In this document: positions 1 to 11,418 of the stretch, in pieces
Layout: each line of letters opens with the position of its first letter
How positions within the stretch are numbered: the stretch's first letter is position 1
NCBI GenBank assembly: GCA_965213685.1
Contig: CBDBZY010000064.1
Location: forward strand, 832,001-896,000
DNA length: 64,000 nucleotides
DNA from: a bacterium
GTDB taxonomy: Bacteria; UBA8248
Direction of reading: 5' to 3'
Translations under genes and position numbers: made by a program
Notes under the pieces: generated by a model
What the model was told of the DNA's origin: nothing
The model's input: only the letters and a program-made list of their open reading frames with translations
The model's database searches: none

Positions 1-1113
1 CAAGCTTACAGTGGTGCACATATATTTCTCAGCAGCTTGTCCTAAGGTGAAAGAAAAGGAAGCAGAGTGCTCAATCTCCTTGAAGTGGTGAAGGATGTGA
101 TACATGCTAAGAGTATTGGAGTGGAGGGAGGAGGGGGGCACTTTACGTCCAGTGTCGTGTCGTGTGGCATTTGGTGGTAGTGAGGGATAAGTGGTGGTGC
201 TTGACAGTGATGAAGCTGGATGGTGGTTTGTATGAGTGGATGGGAGGTTTGTGGCAAGTTGTGTTGTTTAGCAGTGTTTTGATGTGTTTACTCATGGTAA
301 ATATTGATGAAAATCGTACACATGATATGAAACACCTGCATATGTATCAGTGTGAATATATGAAGAGGTGGCCAGCAGAGATCCCCTGTTGTTTTCACAG
401 TGCTCTCCTTAGTTGGGGGACACCTGGAGAGCCCCAACCGTGTTCATCTGCTCCTGGAAACCTATTGTTTGTATGCCCAATGGGACAAGGTTTCATCAGC
501 AACTTGTGCACCATAGGCATTCACCACCATGTTCCAAGTTTCATGTGCTAGACACTTCAGCTTTAAGGGTAACAACATCTTGCCAACCCTTTTGCCTGGT
601 TAGTCAAGTCTTTAATATATGCCCCCAGAAATTTTGGAGTGCACATACAGTTGACTCCCACATTGTTGGATGAACTGATACATGTACTATTGCTACAGAG
701 ATATGAATTTCTGTGCTGCTTACGTAGTCCCTGGGTACAATGCAGTGTTTCTCGAATTGTACAGTTTCATTCCTTTTCAAGCTCGCACTTGTCATTTTTG
801 AGTTGATGGTGTTGCTGGCTTTTTCTGGCCTACCACTTCTACACAACAAAGCAAAGACCCTTCTGGAGAGTATATAACACAGTTTACTGAAGCATACAAT
901 GCATAGTCCCTACTCCAATGAGTACTAAAACAATGAAATATAAGAGTCAAAAGGAAAGGCTTAGGTGCTAGTGATGTGTTGAAACTCCAAATGGGGGCAC
1001 TTACTGAGTGTGCCAAAAGAGTCCTAAACAATACTCTGGTTTCTGCATGAAGCAGGAAGCTGTTGTATTTCTGGAATCACTTATGCTTTTCATCATGAAG
1101 TCAGTGGTTCAGA

Positions 1114-2195
1114 CTGTGAGGCCCACCACGCAGAGGCCAGCTGCTAGGCCCTCCACGAGACCCACCACCCAGAGGCCGGCTGCTAGGCCCTCCATAAGGC
1201 CCACCACCCTGAGGCACACCACCCAGAGGCCAGCTGCAAGACCCTCCATGAGACCCACCACCCAGAGGCCAGCTGCAAGGCCCTCCATGAGACCCACCAC
1301 CCAGAGGCACACCACCCAGAGGCCAGCTGCGAGACCCTCCACGAGGCCCACCACCCAGAGGCACACCACCCAGAGGCCGGCTGCGAGACCCTCCATGAGG
1401 CCCACCACCCAGAGGCCGGCTGCGAGGCCCTCCACGAGGCACACCACCCAGAGGCCAGCTGCGAGACCCCCCATGAGACCCACCATCCAGAGGCCAGCTG
1501 CGAGGCCCTCCACGAGGCACACCACCCAGAGGCCAGCTGCAAGGCCCTCCACAAGGCCCACCACCCAGAGGCCAGCTGCGAGGCCCTCCACGAGGCACAC
1601 CACCCAGAGGCCAGCTGCAAGGCCCTCCATGAGACCCACCACCCAGAGGCACACCACCCAGAGGCCAGCTGTGAGACCCTCCATGAGGCCCACCACCCAG
1701 AGGCCGGCTGCGAGACCCTCCACGAGGCCCACCACCCAGAGGCCGGCTGCGAGGCCCTCCATGAGGCACACCACCCAGAGGCACACCACCCAGAGGCCAG
1801 CTGCGAGACCCTCCATGAGACCCTCCATGAGACCCACCACCCAGAGGCACACCACCCAGAGGCCGGCTGCGAGACCCTTCACGAGGCACACCACCCAGAG
1901 GCCAGCTGCAAGGCCCTCCACGAGGCCCACCACCCAGAGGCACACCACCCAGAGGCCAGCTGCGAGGCCCTCCACGAGGCACACCACCCAGAGGCCAGCT
2001 GTGAGGCCCTCCATGAGGCCCACCACCCAGAGGCACACCACCCAGAGGCCAGCTGCGAGGCCCTCCATGAGGCCCACCACCCAGAGGCCAGCTGCAAGGC
2101 CCTCCACGAGGCTCACCACCCAGAGGCACACCACCCAGAGGCCAGCTGCGAGGCCCTCCACGAGGCCCACCACCCAGAGGCCCACCATCCAGAGA
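1114..2195. repeat. Modular GC-rich minisatellite built from 12- and 15-nt units (AGGCCCACCACCCAG, AGGCACACCACCCAG, AGGCCAGCTGCG, AGGCCCTCCAYG)
   Basis: Direct visual repetition. All unit lengths are multiples of 3, giving open frames 1008..2279 (+, RPTTQ/RPAA/RPST) and 1101..2218 (-). Confidence 0.95.
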
Positions 2196-2419
2196 CACAC
2201 AAATGTACAACGGTTCATGAAAGTGATGTTAGGTTATGCACTTCCAAAAATTAATAGAAGCCAAGTGCTAGGAGAATAATGTGCAAGGTGATTGGTACGG
2301 CATGACCAGAGCCCATGTAAGGCAAAAGTAATGCAACACATCTTTCCAAGTTATGCACTTCTTCAGTACTCCCAGTGGCTGGGGCAGATATATCCCATAC
2401 AGACGGTTCTTGAAAGACT

Positions 2420-2690
2420 TTGCACTAACTGGCGCTAGCGTTCTTGCAAGCTGTAGATGTGATTTCTTGCAGGGTTGCTGGTGATCTTGTAAGAAATGCA
2501 AGACCTGCAAGTGGATTGGCCATAATCTTGCAAGGATCACATTAATCTTGCAGAATACCGCAAAGGTAACTTGCAAGTGTTCTTGCAAGTGTGAACATTA
2601 CAGTGCAAGACACTTCCAAGACACCCTCACATTGCAAGATTGCCTTGCCATCATTACTTGCAAGGTGATCTTGTGCACGCAGCCTTGTAA
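2420..2690. repeat. Cluster of about a dozen degenerate palindromic CTTGCAAG motifs, probably the body or subterminal region of a non-autonomous DNA element
   Basis: Exact cttgcaag near 2443, 2527, 2570, 2582 and 2657, plus variants (cttgcagg, cttgtaag, cctgcaag, cttccaag, attgcaag). Confidence 0.6.
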
Positions 2691-3021
2691 TTATATGCCA
2701 CCTCAATATCATGCACATCATTATTTAAAGGTGCACTAAATCAAAGTACTGGACAAGTGGTGGTCTGCCACCCCTTGATAGAGGGGGAGAGTGGTAGTGA
2801 GGGAATTGAGGTAGAGATGGGAAGGTGAAATGAGATGGAGGAAATGAGTTGATGGAGTCTGTTCACTAGGTCAAGTCTCCTGTTTTCAACTACTGGACAG
2901 CACAACTTGTGATATGGTGAGCTGTGATTGTGAATGAGGTGGAGAGCATGAGGTGATAAGTATGAAGTGAAATTAAAGAACTTGACTGAGGAAAATATGA
3001 AGTAGAAATGAAAGAAGTTGA

Positions 3022-3993
3022 CTATGTATGCCTGAGATGGATGTAGCGAGGATCATTGTACATGTCAGTACACTTTTGTGTCATTTTTCTTCTGATGACT
3101 TTGTCACTTGTAGTGACATTCCAAGTGCTTCGTGAAACATCTGCGAAAAAATTAGACAATATGTATTATCCCTACTCAGTTCACTACTCAGCAAACATGA
3201 GCATGCAGACTACAAGGGAACAAACAAGTTATACATACCGTCAATGTAGTTCATCTTTTCTAGGTTGAATTGTCCTTTGACGAACAGGATCATTTGATTT
3301 TGCCACCCCAGATGGGTTCCCGTTTACCATCTCTGACATGGTGAACACACAGTCCATTAATTTGAGGGTTGCAATTCCAGGTTCTTTTTGCAGCTTTGCA
3401 TTGGCCAGTTTCACCTGGTTCATGGTGGATAGAAATTTCTGTGTATGACCAAAAAGAAAGGGTAAAAACATACTGCGACACTAACAATGAGTCTTAACTC
3501 ACTGGGGGGTTTTCTGTTTTAATGTCCCTAGGGAGTTGTTGATAGGGAGCTACCTTCCCTGGAGAGTGTTCTTCTAGGCATGTCCATTGGGGAAACTGAT
3601 GGTCCTGCTTCAGATGCCGAAGACACTTCAAACGAGGAGATCCTCACTAATCTATTTAGCTCCTTCTGCTGTTCTATGAACTTCGAAGTCAGTTTGATCT
3701 GGGATTTCTATGGACATATGGACACAAAGACAATCAAAGTCACACAGTAACACATCTTACTTCCAAATTGCGAGTCTTTTCTTTAAGCCTTGTAACCTCG
3801 GCGGTCAATGTTGTTGGTGAAATCCCAGGGTTCTGAGATAAAATACAATCTCTAGGTTTATACAACACAACAGTATCATTACTATATACATGTAGCTTAC
3901 CAATCCAATCATCCTCTTCAGCATTTCATTTTCTGCTATGTTGGCAGATAGACGTGCTGGTAGTTCCAATTGGTTTGGGGAAGTGTCTTCCAT
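3022..3993 (-). pseudogene. Spliced BEN-domain gene remnant
   Basis: Exon-like pieces with GT-AG ends: MEDTSPNQ...MIGL (3993-3901); KFLSTMNQ...ATLKLMDCVFTMSEMVNGNPSG...RTIQP followed by a frameshift to LEKMNYI (~3437-3239); DVSRSTWNVTTSDKVIRRKMTQKCTD (~3141-3050). These resemble the BEN pattern L...F...E......G...LD.....I and I..KC. Confidence 0.55.
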
Positions 3994-5014
3994 CTACACA
4001 GTACCATACACATAGGTATGGTTATACACAGCAAAGAAAAATAGCTACATTTCTGAATCATGTGCATGTAATATGCCTATACTTTCCCTCTCAGATACTG
4101 TGCACTAAGAACAGCTCAATGCAAAGGTGATTGAGAAGTACAATAGCCCAGAAGAGGCATACTAAACAGATGACAGAGTGGCACTCATAAACAATACAAG
4201 CCCATTCATGTGAAAGTCTTTCCGTTGTTTAATAGAGAATTATGCTAATGTATAGGGGCAACTGAATCTACATGCTTGAGCAATAACAAAGCTGGTAGTT
4301 GTAGGACGACCACTGTCACAACAAGAAGCTCTCACACTCTCACTTCTGAACATTTACCTCTCATGGGTGTCCAAGGAGTTACTGGTACTTTAGTCATTGG
4401 AGGCAAAGGCTGGAAAGGAAGGGTAGAAGCAAAGGCTGGAAGGTGGTAGAGGTGATGGAAGTGGATGCAATACAGCACAAGCTTGTAGCACAGCTTACAC
4501 GTGCTGTCAGAACATGCATTACGTATATTACTGCAGTGAACAAATTGCCACAGAAGTGTCAGTCCCACTCTTACTGAGTACATGTATGTAATGGTAGGAG
4601 CAGTGATTTACCCCTTGATAATTTATGAGACCACGTCTTAGACATATCAGCTCACTATAATTATTACTTTTTGTACATGAGGCATATATGTATATTTGTG
4701 AGAGCTCTGATAGTTGTGGTTTTGGCATTTGGTTTGGAGGTTGTTTTGGAGATGTCATTGCCAATTTGGCCGTTGGCCTGTCCTGTGTGAATGGAGATCA
4801 CCTCCCACATTATGGGGCATTTCGTATTGTTTATTGATTATAGTGAATTTGGTATTTCAATGAAGCACAGGGCTTGTGGTGATGGTACATACATGTACAT
4901 TGGTGATTGGGTGGCCCTGGTATTATTTTGCTGTTGTACATGTAGTACACTACATTAGGAGAAAGGATGAAGGAAAAGAAGGAAGAAAGAAATGAACAAA
5001 CACCAACAATTTAC

Positions 5015-5320
5015 CAGCCTCAAAGGCTTAGAAATGTGTACGCACTCCCAGCTTCAGCAGCTTAGAATCCCATCATCTAAGAAAAATATATACACACCCT
5101 CAGCCTCACCAGCTTAGAAAAATATATACACACACTCTCAGCCTCTTCCGCTTAGAAAAACAATCGTAGCCTCATGATCAGTGGCTTAGAAAAATAGATT
5201 CTCAGCCTCATTGACTTAGAAAAAGACCCACAGCCTCACAGCTTAGAAAAATAGATTTAACAGCCTCAGCAGCTTAGACAAATTGACACAAATAGCCTCA
5301 AAGGATTAGAAAAATAGATA
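5015..5320. repeat. Array of 9 degenerate YAGCCTCA-N3/4-GCTTAGAAAAA motifs separated by variable spacers
   Basis: Units start near 5015, 5049, 5101, 5139, 5167, 5203, 5231, 5261 and 5293. Confidence 0.8.
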
Positions 5321-5952
5321 CACTTCATTTTCTTGCTCTTTCAGAAAAATAGTACACAATGTCTTGTCTAAACTCCAGTGGCAAACATATACCTTGTTGA
5401 ATATGAGTTCTTATACGTACACCATACTTGTTAACACACTTGAGCTTTAACCACAATATCTGTTTTAGAGCTCTGAGCTATGTATAATTGGAAACGTCTA
5501 AACTAACTATTTCACCACACAAGTATACAGCTTGCACTGTGACGTTTATGAAGAGCGCACATAGACTGTATGCAATGTAGACGTGGCATAGTGGCCACCT
5601 TGACATTACTACTGAGTGTCTTAACATCTGGCTACAGAGTTTGTGGCCTCACTCTTTGTTTGCTGTTGCTCCTCCAACAGAAAGTCATGATTGCTTCAAG
5701 TACTAGATTGCTGTGATCCACTGTGCAAAATGTTGGCAAATACAAATGATGAAAGGAAAGTCATGCATATACTTTTAATTCATAGACATGTGACAATGCA
5801 CGGAAAATCAAATTGTCTGTTACCATATGTTCTAAGCTACTGAACATCTTTTGAATTAAATATGTGGGCCTGATACTGCCAGTACACCAGCATGACCTCC
5901 AGTCCCTTGATATTGATTATCCCATGTAGTACATGTATATATGAGTATGGAC

Positions 5953-6015
<63 letters not shown>

Positions 6016-6589
6016 ATGTATATGAGATCTCTACAGTGAGAAACTGAATTTGTAGGTTTGGGGTTGCAGGTGAAGTTCAATGGGATGTAGTTATTATTCT
6101 CTGAGCCACATGTTGTTGTATATAAACTTTACCCATACAGCCCACACTGCCTCTACAATATGCAGTAGACTCACTGGTGATGATCTCTCTCTTTCTCCAC
6201 ACACATTCACTCTACTGTACGTACCTTTTTGTGTGAAAAGTATGTGTGAGAGGTAGGACTGTAGGCGTTATGTACTAGTGATGGCTCATGTAAATGCACC
6301 ATCCCATCAGTGGTGGAAAGTTACAGTAACTGCCTGTGGTAACCTGTGACAACTCAATTGCTCTTTGAGAAACAAAGCAAGTAGTCCTTTACCTTTAGTG
6401 GCTATGTAAGAATGCTCAATGTATATGGATATGGGTTAAAAAGTGTCTTAGAAAAATGCTGGATCATAGTACAATACAACCTATGTAGACCTTGCACAAT
6501 GTACATACATTGTTAAGTGATACTGCGATAGTTGTACCTGTGTCGTTAAGAATGATATCCTCCAGTACTTCTCTTAGCATACTGGGTCC

Positions 6590-7323
6590 GCCCATCACCA
6601 CTGCTATCGTTTTGATCAAGTTGAATCTAACCATCAAGTGCATCCACAGCAGATTTGTAACAATCATTGCATAATGTCAAGTGATCACAAACTGGTGGAA
6701 GAGTTTGGTGTCAATTGCTGCGTTTTGCTTATATGCATATCCATGTTATATGCAATAAAATGGTAGCTGTGGTCTACAGTACCACACCTTGCTGCTGCAG
6801 CCATACATGTAGGTGTTCTTTTCCTAGGTTTGTGTCAGTATTTGACAAGTTGTGGGAGTCGGCTAGAAGGTAGGCCTTGTACAGGAGGTAGACACCAAAC
6901 TGATGTATGTACCGACATGCACCTGTGTCTCATTTTATACCCAGATCACAATATTAGCTGTTCAAACTATTATCAGCAATAGTAGTGGTCAGGCATTTTG
7001 TTATGGTTCCAAGCTTCTGACAGTACAGATATCAATTCCATACAAAAAGGTACCCTGTTTGTATGCCCTTAACCAGCAGATTTGAGTTGTTATCTGATTA
7101 ATATATAGATAGTTGCAAAACCACACGGTTTTTCTTCCTCCTCATCCTCCTCCCTCTCGTCTTCTCAAGATGTTTCTATGTATTTTCAAATAGCCTACAT
7201 TTTGTATGTTGGCATTGGCTGAAGTGTGTAATTGCCATGCTTTTCATGTGAACCTCTCATTTCAGAGTATGCAGTCCCCTTTATAAGCAAATTTTTAATC
7301 CCCTCACACTGTTTTTAAATTGT
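6590..7323. repeat. Dispersed duplicated segment, copy 1 (copy 2 at 13920-14619)
   Basis: Colinear similarity from catcaccactgctat..gttttgatcaa to ctcacactg..tttaaattgt. The ORF track gives near-identical peptides for both copies (AFCYGSKLLTVQISIPYKK.PCL.ALNQQI). Confidence 0.9.
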
Positions 7324-9311
7324 GATTGCAATATTTTGTGTAAACATGAAATAGCTATCTCTGGGTCACTGTCGTGCATTGTTGCTGTCATTACCCTCAC
7401 GGTTGTCAAAACCTTTGGAATAGTTCGATGTCAATGTCTGAGGAGAAAGAGTCAGGTATTGTTCACTTAATACTTTGCTGAAAAATGTTCACAAAGCAGC
7501 TATAGAAGAACAGAAGTTATAGAAATGCAAGCTGCTTGAGAGAAATGATGTGGTATCAAATGAACTTTCCATTTCTTCATCAGCCATTGGACCATCACGC
7601 CGAGTTGCTGCAGTAAAGGACTTCAAACTTTGCTGAATAATTGGCTTACAGAACTGCTGCCGAAATGCAAAGGTGTACAATCTGAGCCGTATACACTCCT
7701 TATGTAAGGCTCCAAAGCCATATGAGGACAGTAGAAATTTTAATAATGTCAGAGAAAATTTGCGTTACTACGCATTTCTTATGTGTGAATCTTGCATAAC
7801 ATGTTATTGAGGGACTATAGGTCCAGAATATTCTGGCCTAGGCAGGTGTCACTGATTTATGAACAGGGTAGTGGGTTTTAACAAGTTAAGCGTGTGAATA
7901 GATCATAAGTGAGGTAAACCTCGTGTCATGTAAATAAAAGAATTTCAAGGAAACATGATAATTGTACAGTAGGGGGCAATAAAACAAATGTACCACACCG
8001 AACCTGGACCTAACTTACACGGATCGCTACACCGAACAGCCACCGCATTACTGCCGAACTTAGACAGTACTCTGAACGAACTTCCACTGCACTACTAGCG
8101 GACTTTCACCACACTACCAGCGAACTCCTGGTACCATTTAACCGTGCGTTAGTACTGTGCGTTCCGTGCGTGCGCATCGCCAACTGAGTACGTACATGTG
8201 CACACATTCATTACACGTGTAGAGCGAGAGCAGAGCTACAGCTAGAGGTGTCATGGTGTACAGCGAGTACACGAAACATAGAATACTGTTTTACTGGTTC
8301 AAGGGTCTTAAGCCTACACATATCGTGCTACAGCTTAAGCACTTTTAGCGCTCTCCGCAGTGACATCTTCTCGTTTGGAAGTTTACTCGTTTTGGATATC
8401 AGCTGCGTCTATACCAGGTGTGATTTGTGTGGCCACGTGAAGTGGGCGTGGAACTCGACTATGCAGGTGCATGTGCATGTACACATATATACGTATACAG
8501 ACATGAGATCAGGATTAGACCGCACTCAACTGAACCAAACCGAACTTAACAGGACCACTGAACCTTCGCCGAACATTAAGTGTACTTGGAACCGCACTCA
8601 TACAGTAAGGTAAGGGCGGGGATTCCTGAACGAACTTTGAACTTGGTCTGATATCTTGCGCTACAACTTTCTTTTACTTCACTTACAACGGCTATTTTCA
8701 CTACTGGACCTCTGAAGACTTGTGCTTCATACGCTACCTTCTATTGCTGAGGGTTTTACTTCATTCAAGAGTTAGCTAGATAAATATCAAAAATGTCAAA
8801 TAATTAGAGCGGCTGGTAATCCTGAACGCGTGCAACAAAAAGGTATCTGACGAGAACCATAGGCTTGTTGTCGCTGTACTCGGTGATAGTATTATGAAGC
8901 AAATTGCAGGAATAATGTTATTCAAAACACTCAAGTGAAAGAACACAGTGCAATACGGTGCTTGCAGAAGCACACTTCTCTCTTGGCTGGAAGCACATAC
9001 TGCATAGTGGTCGGGCTCAAAGAATTGCCAAGGACTGTTTTAGATGTGAGAATAGTAAAATGGACATCTCATGATGATGGAGTGACACAGTTGTACGTGA
9101 GGGCAATGATAATATGTAAGAGGAGCAAAAGCAGCTGTGATTATGATTAATATGGCTGACTACAAGAGTAGACACATGATAACCCCTCAACCCACAAAGT
9201 GGTTAATAAAGTCTGGGGCAACCAAACCCAGCCCAGCCTGGTTAGTGTATGAGGGGGGAAAAACTCACTGCCGTATAATCTGAGTGATGGAAAGAAAGAG
9301 GAAGAAAAAGT

Positions 9312-9384
9312 GGACTCCTGCAGGACACGAACCCATGACTCTCAGCTTTATATGCTGACGCTCTAGCGACTGAGCTAAAGAGCC
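9312..9384 (-). tRNA. tRNA-like element (tRNA pseudogene or SINE head), apparent anticodon ATA
   Basis: The minus strand folds into a cloverleaf: acceptor GGCTCTT/AGGAGTC, D arm GCTC..GAGC, anticodon stem TCAGC/GCTGA with loop ATATAAA, T loop TTCGTGT. It has an A box TAGCTCAGT, a B box GGTTCG and a downstream TTTTT. The T stem is degenerate. Confidence 0.7.
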
Positions 9385-9623
9385 CAGCCAGCAGGCAAAG
9401 TCGATAGGCTGTTCCCTTATGGAGAACACCTTTTCTTCCAAAGGGCAGTGAGAAACCATATCCTAAAACAGCCTCTGCTGGTCTGCAATGAAGCTCCCTG
9501 CTGCCCCAACACACAGGATGGTTATTAAAGTCTAGGGCAACCAACCTAGCCTAGCCTAGTTAGTCTGTGGAGCGGTGCCTGAAGCAGGAGACCCATTAAG
9601 GGTCTGGTAAGGGTCTGATCCCA

Positions 9624-11418
9624 TTAAGAGTCTGACTACAAGAGTGACAGTAAAAGGGCACTTTCTTGGAGGGCATATGCTTGAAGCCTGCACATTTGTA
9701 GTGGAACCACTGCCTGCAGTCACCATCGCAACCTATCCAGGTCTTCCTTTTGCTCTCTGTTTCATCCCTGTACTCTCCACTACAAGCAGGACATACGGCA
9801 TTATCTAAAGGATGGAGATACTTATATATAATCAGTCACTCAACTTGCCGCACAAAAAAAGTGACAGGTAACTTAGTTTGATGCTCTTGTGGAATGTGTG
9901 TTTATGTATGTTTCTTACCTTCCACATTTGATTGTACATGCTCTGGCAGGGTGGTCTCTTTCTGTGCTGATTTTTTCTGTTTGTCCTGCTTTTCCTTTTC
10001 CAGGAGCTCCAGAAACTCGTTGGATGTAATAACTTTCCCTTCAATCCTCACTTGATTTTTACACCTTGTGCGTGTTGGACATATCTTAACCTCAAGCACA
10101 CCACGAAAGTAGCATCTAAGATTCTTCCATATGAAGGGACTTGTCCTCATTTTATGTCCACAAGCATCACAAGAGATATGATCAGGTGCTGTTTGTGATG
10201 ATGTTGTCGCAGTAGTGAATGCCTTTGATGGAGCCAGTCTATCCAGTACCACCTGACAGCAAAGAGGGAAGATTCCACAAGCTCTGAATGCACTGTTGCA
10301 GTACTCTGGTTTGCGTGATTCACCCCAAAGTTGCCGCAAGGGACTTGGGAACACTTCCTCTGATATATATTCTGTGCCCTAGACTCCAGTCTCCATTGTT
10401 TGAGTATTCTGGCCCATACTTTCTTCATTGGGCCAAGCACTCCCACATCTTGTGGTTGCACAATGTGTGTGCAATTTGGAGGAAGACAAAACAACTTGAC
10501 ATTTTTTCTCTTGCCACCCTTATGAGCTCTAGACTGATGTGGGAATGGTGCCCATCAAAAAAGCAGATAGACTGGACTAGTCTTTGTCAGATGGGCAACA
10601 GCGGGAAGGAACAGCTTGCGAAACCAGGACAAAAAAATTGTCAGCTTCCATCCACCCTGACTCAAACACCATACACAGCACGTACCAGCCGGACCCCCCT
10701 CCATCCACTGTTGGTACATATTTTTCCCTTTGTAGAGGATAAAGGGAGGAAGACGTTGGCCACTAGCACTACAGCACACGTGTACTGTTATGTGTTCTCT
10801 GCCTGAGCCTCCACCAACCTCATGAAGGGATTTAACACCGCGTTTGCATAGCAACTTGCCGGATGTGGCTGAGGTGCAAAAGGCTGTCTCATCACAGTTT
10901 TATATGCGATGTGCAACTGGGGGATCTTTCATGTCAAGCCCACTCTCACTATAGCTCTTTTCCAGCGAGTCAAAGAATGCCGTCAACACCTCATTATTTG
11001 CAGCTTGAGCTCTACTTTTGGACAAGTGCTGGGGTTTGCACTGTGTTAGTGATGGCCACCTTTTCATAAAACGCTGCCACCAGTCCTTCCATGGTGTACC
11101 ATCACAAAAAGGGGTGGGAATATTGTTTTCCCTGATGTAATGTTATTTACAATAGTTTCCACCAACCTTCTTGTGATTCCAAACCCCATCTCAGCCAGTA
11201 CCTGGCAGGTAAGTACAATCTCTTGCTCATCTTGCAGTTGCAGCACAGTAGGAGCTCCAGATCTGACATGTTTGCACAAGCCAGATGTATGGCCATGCAG
11301 TGTTGATTTGGGGATGCCAAATTCTGCTGCAGCTGCAGAGACTTTTGCCACCCTCCACTGCTCGGAGAGCAAGTTGCAGATCTTCCTGCGTGTAGCGGGT
11401 CTTTATCTTGCATACCAT
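9624..11418 (-). mobile_element. Decayed pogo/Tigger-like (Tc1-mariner superfamily) transposase: HTH_psq, CENP-B-type HTH, DDE_1 and a spliced C-terminal PHD finger
   Basis: YTQEDLQLALRAV...AAAEFGIPKSTL; MGFGITR; EHITVHVCCSASGQRLPPFILYKG; FCLPPNCTHIVQPQDVGVLGPMK; PHD CPAC...WIGCDGDCRQWFHYKC...YCHSC (9804-9624). Multiple frameshifts. Confidence 0.9.

Noticed and set aside
1-1100. Decayed coding sequence at the window start
   Set aside because: There are short plausible peptides on the minus strand but no recognisable motif or consistent frame.
1101-2218. Minus-strand 369-aa Gly-rich and hydrophobic ORFs as real proteins
   Set aside because: They are open only because the repeat units lack stops. 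There is no unique flanking coding sequence or splice support.
5015-5320. CRISPR array
   Set aside because: The repeats are degenerate, the spacers are short, uneven and partly similar to each other, there are no cas genes, and the context is eukaryotic.
9312-9384. Functional tRNA-Tyr(ATA)
   Set aside because: The T stem has a mismatch and two G-T pairs, position 32 is a purine, the D-loop GG is lost, and it sits in repeat context.
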